64,000 nt of DNA from an uncultured Desulfobulbaceae bacterium (GTDB lineage: Bacteria > Desulfobacterota > Desulfobulbia > Desulfobulbales > BM004), in NCBI GenBank assembly GCA_945787325.1, contig CALZHP010000001.1:66214-130213 (forward strand). The letters are read 5' to 3'. The notes beneath the pieces were generated by a model that was given only the letters and a program-made list of their open reading frames with translations, did not search any database and was not told the origin of the DNA. The translations under genes were made by a program, and so were the position numbers. Shown here piece by piece: positions 1 to 9,588 of this stretch; positions within the stretch are counted from its first letter, which is position 1, and each line of letters opens with the position of its first letter.

Positions 1-1807
1 CAAACTTCATATCACCACCGTGCTCATCGATAATTTTGTATGCCATAGCAAGGCCAAGGCCCGTACCATCCGGCTTGGTGGTGAAATATGGGTCCATAAT
101 GCTGTCAAGAAGATCTTCGGGAATACCGGAGCCGTTATCCCTAACTATGATATTGAAGGTATCACGGGATTCTGAGAGTTCAGTTTTAACAAATAGCTTT
201 CCACCATCAGCACCATCAGTTTCAACAGCCTGAAGTGCATTTAAGAACAGATTAAGCAGGACCTGGCTTAATCGATCTGCATCAACAGATATTAAAGGAA
301 GTGACGTATTAATCTCATGTGATATGTCAATATCAAGTGCTGCAGCATCCGTACTAATGAGTTTCAACGAATTCATTATAATTTCAGCAATATCCCTTTT
401 TTCAAGTTTTAAGGGTGTCGGCCTGGCATAATTGAGTAGCTCGGTTATGCTTCTGTTAAGGCGCTCAGCTTCCTGTACCAGCAGCTGAGCCGATTCTTGT
501 TCTTCACTGCCTGCACTGAACTTGGCTCCCAGAAGGGTCGCAAATCCCTTGATAGAACTCAAAGGATTTCTCACTTCATGGGCAACACCAGCGGCCATTT
601 TACCTAGTGCTACCAAACGATCGTGACGGCGCACTTCTTTTTCCAGCTTTTTGAGTTCAGAAAGGTCATACATTAAGAGAACTCGGCCATTAAAGACTTT
701 TTCTTCGTTAAATACAGGTACTGAACTAAGATGCAAGGAATAAGACACACCGGTCTCCGAGGTAAAAGCCAGGTCATTTTCTGTCATCTCAATGCTATTA
801 TTATTAACATCAGGACCATCAAAATACTGCGAAATGTCATGTGGAAGAGAATCAGCAGGAAATCTGTTCATTATTCGTTCCAGATCCTTGCCAATAAAAT
901 GGGCCGCGGATTGATTACAGGTATTTATTCTTCCTTCCGAATCGGTTGCTATTATTCCAACAGGGAGTTTTGATATCAGCAGACCGGTAAATGCCTGTAT
1001 GCGTTTGAGGGAATCTTGCGATATCCTGAAACCCTGTGCGGCCAGAAGAGAAATCCAACCTCCAAGACCTACTAGAAGAAGTACCAGAGAAAGAACAGAT
1101 ATCTGATAACGATACTGTTTGATAGTGTTTTCAAGTTCGGTCATATCGAGGCCGACCAAAATATACTGTTTTCCCTCCTCGAATAACAGACCGGATGAGA
1201 ATGATGGGTTAGAACGCAACAGACGACTGCCAGGGGTTTCCGGGTGGTTTTTAGGTAAACGTCGCTGCCTCCATTTCCTCAAAAGTGCACTATTCCTGTT
1301 AAAGGGCTGAAAAATGCTTACAAGTTCAAAAACCTTTGCAGGATATGACTCTTGCTTAACAATATGATATTTTCCTCTATTTTTAGAACTTTCAGTAACT
1401 ATCCTTTCAAGGAACCCCGTTTCGCGTTCAATATGACTGCCAATCAAACTTGGATCGCTATGAGCAACAATAAGGCCATTTTCATTAATTACGCTTATAT
1501 AGTGAATGTCCGGATTTTCAATAACCTGTTCAATAAGATGCTGCGTTTGTGCTTCGCTTTCTTCCGGTGAAAGCAGCCCCATCATCCCCCGTCTGCCTGT
1601 TAGAAATGAAGCACGCGAACCTGCTTCTACAAAGCGGATTAAAGACTGGCCCTTCTGTAGAAGGATACCGGTCATCATCGTCCTTTCCCTTTGGATATTA
1701 TTAACTGCAAAAATAAGAATAATTAATGTTAGAAGACCAATTGCCGCGGCAAGAAGCCAGGGGGAAACAAACATCAGCCTCGGTCTTTTGAGAAAACGTT
1801 TAATCAT
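1..1807 (-). CDS. Sensor histidine kinase, partial (3' end runs off the window start)
   Basis: Absent from the ORF track because there is no stop codon inside the window. Minus-strand translation from the ATG at 1807 gives [35 protein letters not shown] (TM1). This is followed by a second hydrophobic span, a PAS-like segment, the H-box [21 protein letters not shown], and HATPase motifs [13 protein letters not shown] and [24 protein letters not shown] near position 1-150. Confidence 0.85.
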   Translation of the reverse strand, partial: MIKRFLKRPRLMFVSPWLLAAAIGLLTLIILIFAVNNIQRERTMMTGILLQKGQSLIRFVEAGSRASFLTGRRGMMGLLSPEESEAQTQHLIEQVIENPDIHYISVINENGLIVAHSDPSLIGSHIERETGFLERIVTESSKNRGKYHIVKQESYPAKVFELVSIFQPFNRNSALLRKWRQRRLPKNHPETPGSRLLRSNPSFSSGLLFEEGKQYILVGLDMTELENTIKQYRYQISVLSLVLLLVGLGGWISLLAAQGFRISQDSLKRIQAFTGLLISKLPVGIIATDSEGRINTCNQSAAHFIGKDLERIMNRFPADSLPHDISQYFDGPDVNNNSIEMTENDLAFTSETGVSYSLHLSSVPVFNEEKVFNGRVLLMYDLSELKKLEKEVRRHDRLVALGKMAAGVAHEVRNPLSSIKGFATLLGAKFSAGSEEQESAQLLVQEAERLNRSITELLNYARPTPLKLEKRDIAEIIMNSLKLISTDAAALDIDISHEINTSLPLISVDADRLSQVLLNLFLNALQAVETDGADGGKLFVKTELSESRDTFNIIVRDNGSGIPEDLLDSIMDPYFTTKPDGTGLGLAMAYKIIDEHGGDMKF

Positions 1808-2014
1808 ATTTTTCCTTAAAAAGTATTAAGTGTATTTTAAATTTAAACAGCAAATTTAATACCAGAAACTGAAAATCAATATATTTGAAATGGTTAAAGG
1901 TAATTAACATATGTAACTGTATATTCGAGTATAATTAACTGGGTAATTTGTGCACAGCTCACTTGAAAGTCGTATAGAATCTATACAGACTTTGAATTGT
2001 TTAAAAGATTTTCA

Positions 2015-2692
2015 TTAACCTGATTTCTTTTTTTTAGCATTATGAATAGCCTTCTTAAGTGCCGCTGAATGAACATCTCCTGCGTAATGTAACGGACTTT
2101 TTCCTGATATTGGATCAAATCTGCTTGGATCTGCTCCACAGATATACTGTACTTCCCTTGGAAGTGTGGACAATGCTTTTTCAAAAGACATACCGATCAT
2201 TTTTGACAATACTTCCCAGGTTGCTCCACATGGTGCTCCGCGTACAACTTTCAGATCACGAATAATACCATCATCATCAACATCGATAATAAATTCGGGA
2301 AGGCCGAACTCTTTGCTGTATGATTGAAGGCTCTTATGTTTACCAAGTCCACAGCAAGTAAAAGGCGTAATAGCTTCTTTGACTTTTTTGCCGGAAGCTA
2401 CAACAGGAATCTTCTTATTCACGCATAATTTTGCAAGGTACTCTGACAGGTCTGGATGTTTAAGGAAATCAAGTACTAGATCTGCTGTAAAGTTTTCGGG
2501 AATAAATTTTTCAGGATCCTCAACAAATTCGGGAAGGGAAGCTTCAATATTGTATATTTTATTGATCTTCACATTATGGCCGTGCTTTCGTATACCATCA
2601 ATTTTCTGATGACCAGAGCCATTTTGTTCAAAAACAACTATCCTGGTTGGAGAAGTTATCTTTTTTTCAGTTGTGACGTTTATATCATTCAT
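2015..2692 (-). CDS. Conserved hypothetical protein, possibly DUF166/COG1810-like
   Basis: 225-aa ORF with no competing ORF. Cys-containing motifs TCCGLGKH and RGAPCGATWE, Lys-rich tail. The family assignment is from memory of the DUF166 architecture and is not verified. Confidence 0.6.
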   Translation of the reverse strand: MNDINVTTEKKITSPTRIVVFEQNGSGHQKIDGIRKHGHNVKINKIYNIEASLPEFVEDPEKFIPENFTADLVLDFLKHPDLSEYLAKLCVNKKIPVVASGKKVKEAITPFTCCGLGKHKSLQSYSKEFGLPEFIIDVDDDGIIRDLKVVRGAPCGATWEVLSKMIGMSFEKALSTLPREVQYICGADPSRFDPISGKSPLHYAGDVHSAALKKAIHNAKKKKSG

Positions 2693-2770
2693 AATAGGTC
2701 ATAAACTTATATTTAATTACTAATCATATCATTTCGGGAATGAAAGAATTTGTTCATCAACACCGCAATT

Positions 2771-4660
2771 CTAGTGACCATGAAAATGACGCCAGACCTG
2801 TTCAGCAAGTTCACGTCCGAAACCCGGCACATTCATTAATTCATCAACAGAAGAATTTCGAATTTGTCCTATGCTCCCCAGTTCTTTAAGAAGCACTTTC
2901 CTTCTTGATGCACCTATACCAGGAATATCGTCAAGTTTAGAGGTAAAAGTTTTTTTGCTGCGCAGGTGTCTGTGAAATTTTATTCCGAACCGGTGTGCCT
3001 CATCACGAATACGCATCAGAAATAGTAATACCGGGGAGTGTCTTTCAAAGACTATTGGATTCTTACGATTGGGTCGGTATATCTTTTCACCTTCTTCATT
3101 TTTTTCCTTGGCAATTCCTGCCAATTCAATATCGTTTGATAAGCCAAGTTGCATGATTACTTTCCTGGCGACATTGAGCTGCCCCTTACCACCATCAACA
3201 AGCAGAAGATCAGGTAATTCTCTTATTTCATCTTTTTCGGAATTTCTGCTGAACCGTCTGGTTAGAACTTCGTGCATCATGGCATAGTCATCCGGACCCT
3301 CTGTTTTTTGAATCCTGTAGTGCCTATATTCACTTTTATCTTTTTCACCTTCAGTGAAACAAATCAGAGATCCCACAGCATTTTCTCCACTTATATTAGA
3401 AATGTCCAGGCATTCGATTCTTGCAGGTAATACTTCCAACCGTAATTTTTTCTGGAGTTTTTCTGATAGTACATTCCAGGATTTCTGCTTTTTTTTCTTG
3501 TCTGCAAGGGCATTTTCTGCATTGGTACCTGCCATTCGTAAAAGTTCAACCCGGTCACCTCGCTTAGGTACTTTAATATATACTCTGCTGTCTCGAATAT
3601 CACTAAGCCACTCCTCGAGCAAACCTTCCTCTTCTGTTCGTTCAGGCAACAGTATTTCCTTAGGCACCGGTTTATCACTTCCATAGTATCTCTTAACCAC
3701 TTCAGTAATAATTTCTATGCTGCTTCCAATATGCTCAGAAAGATAAAAAGATTGTTGACCGTTTACTGTGCCGTTTCTTACAAAAATAATCGATACAGCA
3801 GCTCTGCCTTCTATTTCGGCAAATCCAAACACGTCCAAATCCTTAAAATCACCGGAGACCATTACCTGTTTTTCAAGCGTCTTAGACAGAGCGTTGATAC
3901 GGTCCCTATAAAATGCTGCCTCCTCAAACTGCAATTCTTTGGATGCCGTGTTCATTTTTGATGTAAGCTCATTGACCAGCTTGTGTTTTTTACCATTCAA
4001 TACCATAAGTACATTTTTAACCATTTCCTTGTATTGAACTGAGTCAGCTTTTCCGGCACATGGTGCCAGGCAACGTCCAATCTGGTAATTGAGACAGGGG
4101 CGTTCCCTTTTCTTAAGGTTTTTCTGTCGGCATCTACGCAATGGAAAATTGGAGTTAAGGAATTTTATAGTTTCCCACATGGCCGAAGAGGATGAAAAGG
4201 GTCCGAAGTAACGGGCACCATCTTTTTTGCGGCGTCTGGTCATTATTAACCGCGGCCACCTTTCATTAACGGTAACCTTAATCAGTGGATAATTTTTATC
4301 GTCCCGCAGGATAATATTATATTTAGGCTTATGTTTTTTTATAAGTGATGCTTCGAGAATAAGTGCCTCTTTTTCGGTGTGGGTGATGATAGTTTCAATG
4401 CTGTGCACTCTGGTTAGCATGGCGGTTATTTTACCGTAAACGTCTGCAGGCCTTCTGTATGAAGCAAGACGTTTACGCAAACTCTTGGCCTTGCCAACAT
4501 AGAGTACACTTTCATATTCATTTTTCATCAGGTAGACACCCGGTTTCCCAGGTATGGAGTTTAGAAAATCCTGATTAATAACTTTTTTAGAAGCGCTGCA
4601 TTGAGTTATGGTCATGGGGAATGTGATGAGGTATAAATAATATGCCTGATTTTCTTTCAT
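2771..4660 (-). CDS. uvrC: Excinuclease ABC subunit C
   Basis: GIY-YIG N-terminus (GVYLMKNEYESVLYVGKAKSLRKRLASY) and C-terminal helix-hairpin-helix (IPGIGASRRKVLLKELGSIGQI). The true start is probably the internal ATG at 4615 (MTITQ...). Confidence 0.95.
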   Translation of the reverse strand: MKENQAYYLYLITFPMTITQCSASKKVINQDFLNSIPGKPGVYLMKNEYESVLYVGKAKSLRKRLASYRRPADVYGKITAMLTRVHSIETIITHTEKEALILEASLIKKHKPKYNIILRDDKNYPLIKVTVNERWPRLIMTRRRKKDGARYFGPFSSSSAMWETIKFLNSNFPLRRCRQKNLKKRERPCLNYQIGRCLAPCAGKADSVQYKEMVKNVLMVLNGKKHKLVNELTSKMNTASKELQFEEAAFYRDRINALSKTLEKQVMVSGDFKDLDVFGFAEIEGRAAVSIIFVRNGTVNGQQSFYLSEHIGSSIEIITEVVKRYYGSDKPVPKEILLPERTEEEGLLEEWLSDIRDSRVYIKVPKRGDRVELLRMAGTNAENALADKKKKQKSWNVLSEKLQKKLRLEVLPARIECLDISNISGENAVGSLICFTEGEKDKSEYRHYRIQKTEGPDDYAMMHEVLTRRFSRNSEKDEIRELPDLLLVDGGKGQLNVARKVIMQLGLSNDIELAGIAKEKNEEGEKIYRPNRKNPIVFERHSPVLLFLMRIRDEAHRFGIKFHRHLRSKKTFTSKLDDIPGIGASRRKVLLKELGSIGQIRNSSVDELMNVPGFGRELAEQVWRHFHGH

Positions 4661-4705
4661 ATAAATAATATATTAAGTATTTATTATACTTTATAACTCC
4701 GTAAT

Positions 4706-6265
4706 TTGCATTACAGGGTATCAATAATGAAAATATGCACAGCTGAACAAATGCGCACCCTTGACGCGCTTGCTATTGATAAATATAACGTTCCCGGATT
4801 AGACCTGATGGAGAACGCCGGTCAAGGCACCGTTGATTGTATTGTTGAAAGGTTTGGCGATCCTCTTGGCAAAAATATCGCCATTTTTGTTGGTCCAGGG
4901 AATAACGGCGGTGACGGACTCGTTATCGCTCGTCTCCTTCATCATCTTGGCGGATTACCTTCTGTTTTCATGCTCGTACCAACTAAAAATATGAGAGGTG
5001 ACGCCGCAATTAACCTTAAAGAGCTGAAAAAACTCCCTGTTCCTTTATATTCAATTACCAATATAGAACAACTAACAGAAGCTGAGTCTCACTTATCGGA
5101 CATATGGTTGGTAATCGACAGTATTTTTGGTACCGGACTTACTAGGAAAGTCAACGGACACTTCGCAGAGATAATTAATAGGATTAATGAATTCACCTGT
5201 CCACTGGTAGCGGTTGATATACCTTCGGGACTTCATACAGATTCTGGACTGCCTCTCGGCTGCAGTGTAAAAGCTGACCTTACCGTCACATTTGGTCTTG
5301 CTAAAATCGGTCAAATCATACACCCCGGTTCCGGATACACAGGAGAACTGCAAGTTGTTGATATCGGAATCCCGCATGAAGCTGTCTTGGAATCTCACAT
5401 CAAAACAGAGGCTCTTGACAAGAGTGTTTTTGAATTAGTTCCTGCGAGAAGTAAAGATTCGCACAAGGGAACCTTTGGTCATCTTCTTGAGGTTGCCGGC
5501 TCGCAAGGCAAAACCGGTGCCGCCATTCTCTGTGCCTTGGGGGCCTTACGAAGCGGTACAGGTCTGGTCTCTTTGTGTGTTCCAAATAATATCAACTCCA
5601 TATTCGAAGCAACTTTATTCGAAGCAATGACAATCCCACTTCCGGAATCGGATTCCGGATTTATATCATTCAAAGACTGGTTTACCGTTTATAAAGCCCT
5701 GGAAGGAAAAAGTGCTGTGGTCATAGGCCCTGGAATCGGAACAGAAAATGAGACAGCGTCACTTGTTAGAAAACTCTACACTGAATCAGAGTTGCCCATG
5801 ATAGTTGATGCAGACGCCCTTAATATTTTAGCAATGACCCCGGAGATCATAAAAACAGCAAAAGCACCTCGAATTCTTACACCGCATCCCGGCGAAATGT
5901 CTCGCCTTGCAAATATTAGCAAAAAAGACATTCAGGCAGACAGAATTACAACGGCACAGGCTTTTGCTGTTGAAAACAATGTTTATCTTATATTGAAAGG
6001 TTCAGATACGGTTGTAGCTGCTCCGGATGGCAGAGTGGCAATAAATACCACCGGGAACCCAGGTATGGCTGCAGGCGGCATGGGAGATGTTTTATCTGGA
6101 ATAATTGGAGGCCTTCTGGCACAGTGCATTGACTCATGGGAAGCGTGCATCCTTGGAGTATACAGTCATGGAGCTGCCGGAGATATGTTAGCTGAAAAGA
6201 CTGGTGGTTTCGGATATCTTGCAAGTGAACTTTCCGAAGAACTACCTTTAGTTTTAAATGGATAA
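4706..6265 (+). CDS. nnr: Bifunctional NAD(P)H-hydrate repair enzyme (epimerase / ADP-dependent dehydratase)
   Basis: YjeF_N motif GPGNNGGDG and C-terminal kinase-fold motif GGMGDVLSGIIGG. The track start at 4706 is TTG. The ATG at 4727 (MKICTAEQMR) is more likely. Confidence 0.9.
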   Translation: MHYRVSIMKICTAEQMRTLDALAIDKYNVPGLDLMENAGQGTVDCIVERFGDPLGKNIAIFVGPGNNGGDGLVIARLLHHLGGLPSVFMLVPTKNMRGDAAINLKELKKLPVPLYSITNIEQLTEAESHLSDIWLVIDSIFGTGLTRKVNGHFAEIINRINEFTCPLVAVDIPSGLHTDSGLPLGCSVKADLTVTFGLAKIGQIIHPGSGYTGELQVVDIGIPHEAVLESHIKTEALDKSVFELVPARSKDSHKGTFGHLLEVAGSQGKTGAAILCALGALRSGTGLVSLCVPNNINSIFEATLFEAMTIPLPESDSGFISFKDWFTVYKALEGKSAVVIGPGIGTENETASLVRKLYTESELPMIVDADALNILAMTPEIIKTAKAPRILTPHPGEMSRLANISKKDIQADRITTAQAFAVENNVYLILKGSDTVVAAPDGRVAINTTGNPGMAAGGMGDVLSGIIGGLLAQCIDSWEACILGVYSHGAAGDMLAEKTGGFGYLASELSEELPLVLNG

Positions 6266-6320
6266 CACAGTTATATATTATAATGAAAGCAGCATTTAAC
6301 ATACGAACCAGGAGATTATT

Positions 6321-6776
6321 ATGCTGACAGCTAAAGACATTATGACTCAAGACGTGATAACAGTAAAACCTGATACTCCAGTGGATGAGCTTGCCGTCAT
6401 CCTGTCTGAGAAAAAAATAAGCGGAGCTCCGGTGGTGGATGATGACGGTAAGGTTATTGCAGTTGTTACAGAAAGCGACCTTATCGACCGTGCCAAAAAA
6501 GTTCATATCCCATCAATGATTTCACTATTAGACTCAGTTATTTTTCTTGAGAGCGAAAAAAAAATGGAGCAGGAAATCAAGAAAATGACAGGATCAACAG
6601 TAAAAGATATATGCTCCAATACGCTTATTTCTGTTTCAGAGGAAACAATGCTGGATGAAGTTGCAACGATAATGGCAGAAAAAAAAGTACACACCCTACC
6701 GGTTGTCAGCGGTGATATTCTTGTTGGTGTAATTGGTAAAACTGATATAATTCGAACTCTTATCAGGGGAAGTTAA
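6321..6776 (+). CDS. CBS domain pair protein
   Basis: 151 aa with two CBS repeats (DVITVKPDTPVDELAVILSEKKISGAPVVD and ISVSEETMLDEVATIMAEKKVHTLPVV). Confidence 0.85.
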   Translation: MLTAKDIMTQDVITVKPDTPVDELAVILSEKKISGAPVVDDDGKVIAVVTESDLIDRAKKVHIPSMISLLDSVIFLESEKKMEQEIKKMTGSTVKDICSNTLISVSEETMLDEVATIMAEKKVHTLPVVSGDILVGVIGKTDIIRTLIRGS

Positions 6777-6806
6777 CAAAGAAAATTCTAAGCCGGAAAG
6801 TTTATA

Positions 6807-7472
6807 ATGGCGCTATGGGAAAATACAATCCCCCTCATGAAAACAGGGTACCATAAAGAGATTCGAGATACAGCTTACGGGCCCGCAGCAAAAGGCAAAA
6901 AAGTATACCCACCGTATGAACTTGTATTTAACTCAATGCGTCTGACACCTTTCGATGAGGTACGAGTCGTAATTCTTGGACAGGACCCATATATAAACGA
7001 ACACAATGGCGTCTCCGAAGCGCATGGTTTGTGTTTTTCGGTCCGAAAAGGTATCCCGGCACCACCTTCATTACAAAACATTTTCAAAGAAATTCAAAAC
7101 AGCATCTATAACGGAAATTCGCAGGACTTCTCAACCGATCTCACCAGATGGGCCAACCAGGGTGTGTTGCTGCTCAATGCCAGTCTATCAGTGCTTGCCA
7201 GACAATCCAATTCCCATGCTAATCTCGGCTGGCATGAACTTACAGATAATATAATCGAAACTATATCATTTAAAAAAGAGCATGTCGTTTTTATGCTATG
7301 GGGTGCATTTGCCCAGAAGAAAGCACACCTTATAAACCCCCAAAAGCATCTCATTCTAAAAACCAGCCACCCTTCTCCCCTATCCGCTCACCGCGGATTT
7401 TTGGGTTCCGGTGTTTTCTCTAGATGCAACGCGTACCTAGAAAAAAATGGGTATAAAGCAATAATCTGGTAA
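6807..7472 (+). CDS. ung: Uracil-DNA glycosylase, family 1
   Basis: VVILGQDPY ... AHGLCFSV ... LLLNASLSV ... SHPSPLSAHRGF motifs. Confidence 0.9.
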   Translation: MALWENTIPLMKTGYHKEIRDTAYGPAAKGKKVYPPYELVFNSMRLTPFDEVRVVILGQDPYINEHNGVSEAHGLCFSVRKGIPAPPSLQNIFKEIQNSIYNGNSQDFSTDLTRWANQGVLLLNASLSVLARQSNSHANLGWHELTDNIIETISFKKEHVVFMLWGAFAQKKAHLINPQKHLILKTSHPSPLSAHRGFLGSGVFSRCNAYLEKNGYKAIIW

Positions 7473-7491
7473 AGAATATATTTTTCACGCT

Positions 7492-8175
7492 ATGTATATT
7501 CCCCGCCCCCCTCATAACTGGAAGGTCACAAAAAAGCAGGCAATATTAATCCAGAAAAAATTTTCCAAAAAAGTCAGTAAAGTTTCTAATAATAAGACTT
7601 TCAAACTGGTTGCAGGGGTGGACGCAGCATTTTCCAGAAACGGTCAATATTGTATTGCTGGAGTGGTCTTGTGGGACATCAAGAAAAAAAAGATAATAGA
7701 ACATCATACCGCTAGCAAAAACCTTATTTTCCCATACATCCCCGGTCTACTAACCTTCCGTGAAGGATCGGCGGTAATTGCCGCATTAAGAAAACTCAAC
7801 ATGAAACCTGATCTGCTTATCTGCGACGGCCAGGGGATTGCTCACCAACGCCGATTCGGTATAGCCAGCCATGTCGGTATCATTACAGGAATACCTTCGA
7901 TTGGCTGCGGCAAGAGCAGGTTGATCGGAGAATATAAGGAACCTTCTCTTAAGAAAGGAAAAGGATCTCCACTGTACTTCGGGAGTGAAGAACTTGGCAC
8001 AGTTCTTCGAACAAAAGACTATGTTAAGCCGGTGTTTGTAAGTATTGGTCATAAAATGGATTTGCGAAGTGCGGAAAAGCTTATTCTGCAATGCTGCACC
8101 AAATACCGGTTACCTGAACCTGTCAGGTTGGCAGACAGGCTTGTCGCAACTGCAAAAAAAAAATTTCATTGCTGA
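7492..8175 (+). CDS. nfi: Endonuclease V (deoxyinosine 3' endonuclease)
   Basis: VAGVDAAF, YIPGLLTFREG and LICDGQGIAHQRRFGIASHVG motifs. Starts 19 nt after the ung stop. Confidence 0.9.
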   Translation: MYIPRPPHNWKVTKKQAILIQKKFSKKVSKVSNNKTFKLVAGVDAAFSRNGQYCIAGVVLWDIKKKKIIEHHTASKNLIFPYIPGLLTFREGSAVIAALRKLNMKPDLLICDGQGIAHQRRFGIASHVGIITGIPSIGCGKSRLIGEYKEPSLKKGKGSPLYFGSEELGTVLRTKDYVKPVFVSIGHKMDLRSAEKLILQCCTKYRLPEPVRLADRLVATAKKKFHC

Positions 8176-8463
8176 TTCATTTCATTTGAAGGTTCGTTCT
8201 ATAAATTCTGTGATAGGAACAGCGCGATAATTAATGAATTTAAAAGTATAATTTTCAATAATTATTTCCTGTAAAAAGTCTCTAACACTAGATTTAACAT
8301 CTTCATTATTTTTTTAATGAATCAAAACCCTTATTGCAAGGATCTAATCAAGCATGCAATTCCTTGCCGCGTTGTAAGAGTTGTATTATTGTCAAATAAG
8401 AGTCTTTATGATAACTCAAACATGCCCATCGGATGTGTCAATTGGAAAAATGAGAGGTGATTT

Positions 8464-9582
8464 ATGGGAAAAATATTTGAAGAAACAAGTATTAACGGCA
8501 TGTCCTTAAGAAACCGCCTGGTCAGATCTGCTACCTGGGAAGGAATGTGTGAAGACGACGGCAGACCGACAGATAAACTTGCATCATATTACAAATCCCT
8601 TGCCGAGGGTGAAGTTGGCCTTATTATTAGCGGATATACCTTTGTGCGCCCTGAAGGAAAACAGTTACCCGGTAAAATGGGAATCCACACGGATGATTTT
8701 GAGACAGATATGAAAAAGCTTACCTCTGCTGTACACGATGGTGGAGGAAAAATATGCATTCAACTGGTACACGCGGGCGGCCAGACAGACTCAAAGAATG
8801 CGGGACGCAAGCCTCTTGCACCTTCTTCAGTGGAGGTACCACAGTTTGATGAAATACCAGATGAATTATCGATTGATGATATCAGTGAAATAGTAGAAGC
8901 ATTTGGCAAAAGTGCCAAGCGCTCCAAAGATTGGGGTTTCGATGCCATTCAACTGCACGGAGCACACGGATACCTCATTAACCAGTTTCTGTCACCTCTC
9001 ACTAACAGACGCTCAGATAAGTATGGCGGCAGTATCGAAAACCGTTGCCGTTTTCTAATGGAAGTATATAGAATAGTACGTTCAGCGGTAGGTGACAATT
9101 ACCCGGTCATGATCAAACTGAACGGTTCCGACAACCTAGATGGGGGGCTTTTAATTGAAGACTCGGTGTATGCAGCACAGCAACTAGAAGCTGAAGGAAT
9201 TGACGCTATTGAAGTGAGTGGAGGTACACCTGCGTCTGGTGCTCATTCCCCTGCCAGAATAAAAATCGACGCACCGGAAAAAGAAGCATATCATATTTCT
9301 TTTGCCAAAAGAATAAAACAGGACGTGAAGTGCCCAATCATGGTTGTTGGAGGATTAAGAAGTTATAACGTTGCAGAAAATACGCTAAATGGTGTCGCAG
9401 ATTATGTTTCCATGGCTCGGCCATTTATTCGTGAACCTAACCTTGCCAAGAGATGGCGAATGGGCGATACTTCAAAAGCTATGTGCATCTCATGCAATGG
9501 ATGTTTCGGGCCCGGTCTAAAGGAAGGCGGCATTTACTGCGTCGTTGAAAAAAAAGAACAGGAAAAGAAAAAAAACTCATAA
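8464..9582 (+). CDS. Old Yellow Enzyme family NADH:flavin oxidoreductase with C-terminal Cys cluster
   Basis: HGAHGYLINQFLSPLTNRRSDKYGGSIENRCRF, followed by C-terminal CISCNGC...IYC (Fe-S-like spacing, as in the N-terminal module of 2,4-dienoyl-CoA reductase). Confidence 0.85.
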   Translation: MGKIFEETSINGMSLRNRLVRSATWEGMCEDDGRPTDKLASYYKSLAEGEVGLIISGYTFVRPEGKQLPGKMGIHTDDFETDMKKLTSAVHDGGGKICIQLVHAGGQTDSKNAGRKPLAPSSVEVPQFDEIPDELSIDDISEIVEAFGKSAKRSKDWGFDAIQLHGAHGYLINQFLSPLTNRRSDKYGGSIENRCRFLMEVYRIVRSAVGDNYPVMIKLNGSDNLDGGLLIEDSVYAAQQLEAEGIDAIEVSGGTPASGAHSPARIKIDAPEKEAYHISFAKRIKQDVKCPIMVVGGLRSYNVAENTLNGVADYVSMARPFIREPNLAKRWRMGDTSKAMCISCNGCFGPGLKEGGIYCVVEKKEQEKKKNS

Positions 9583-9588
9583 TCAAAA

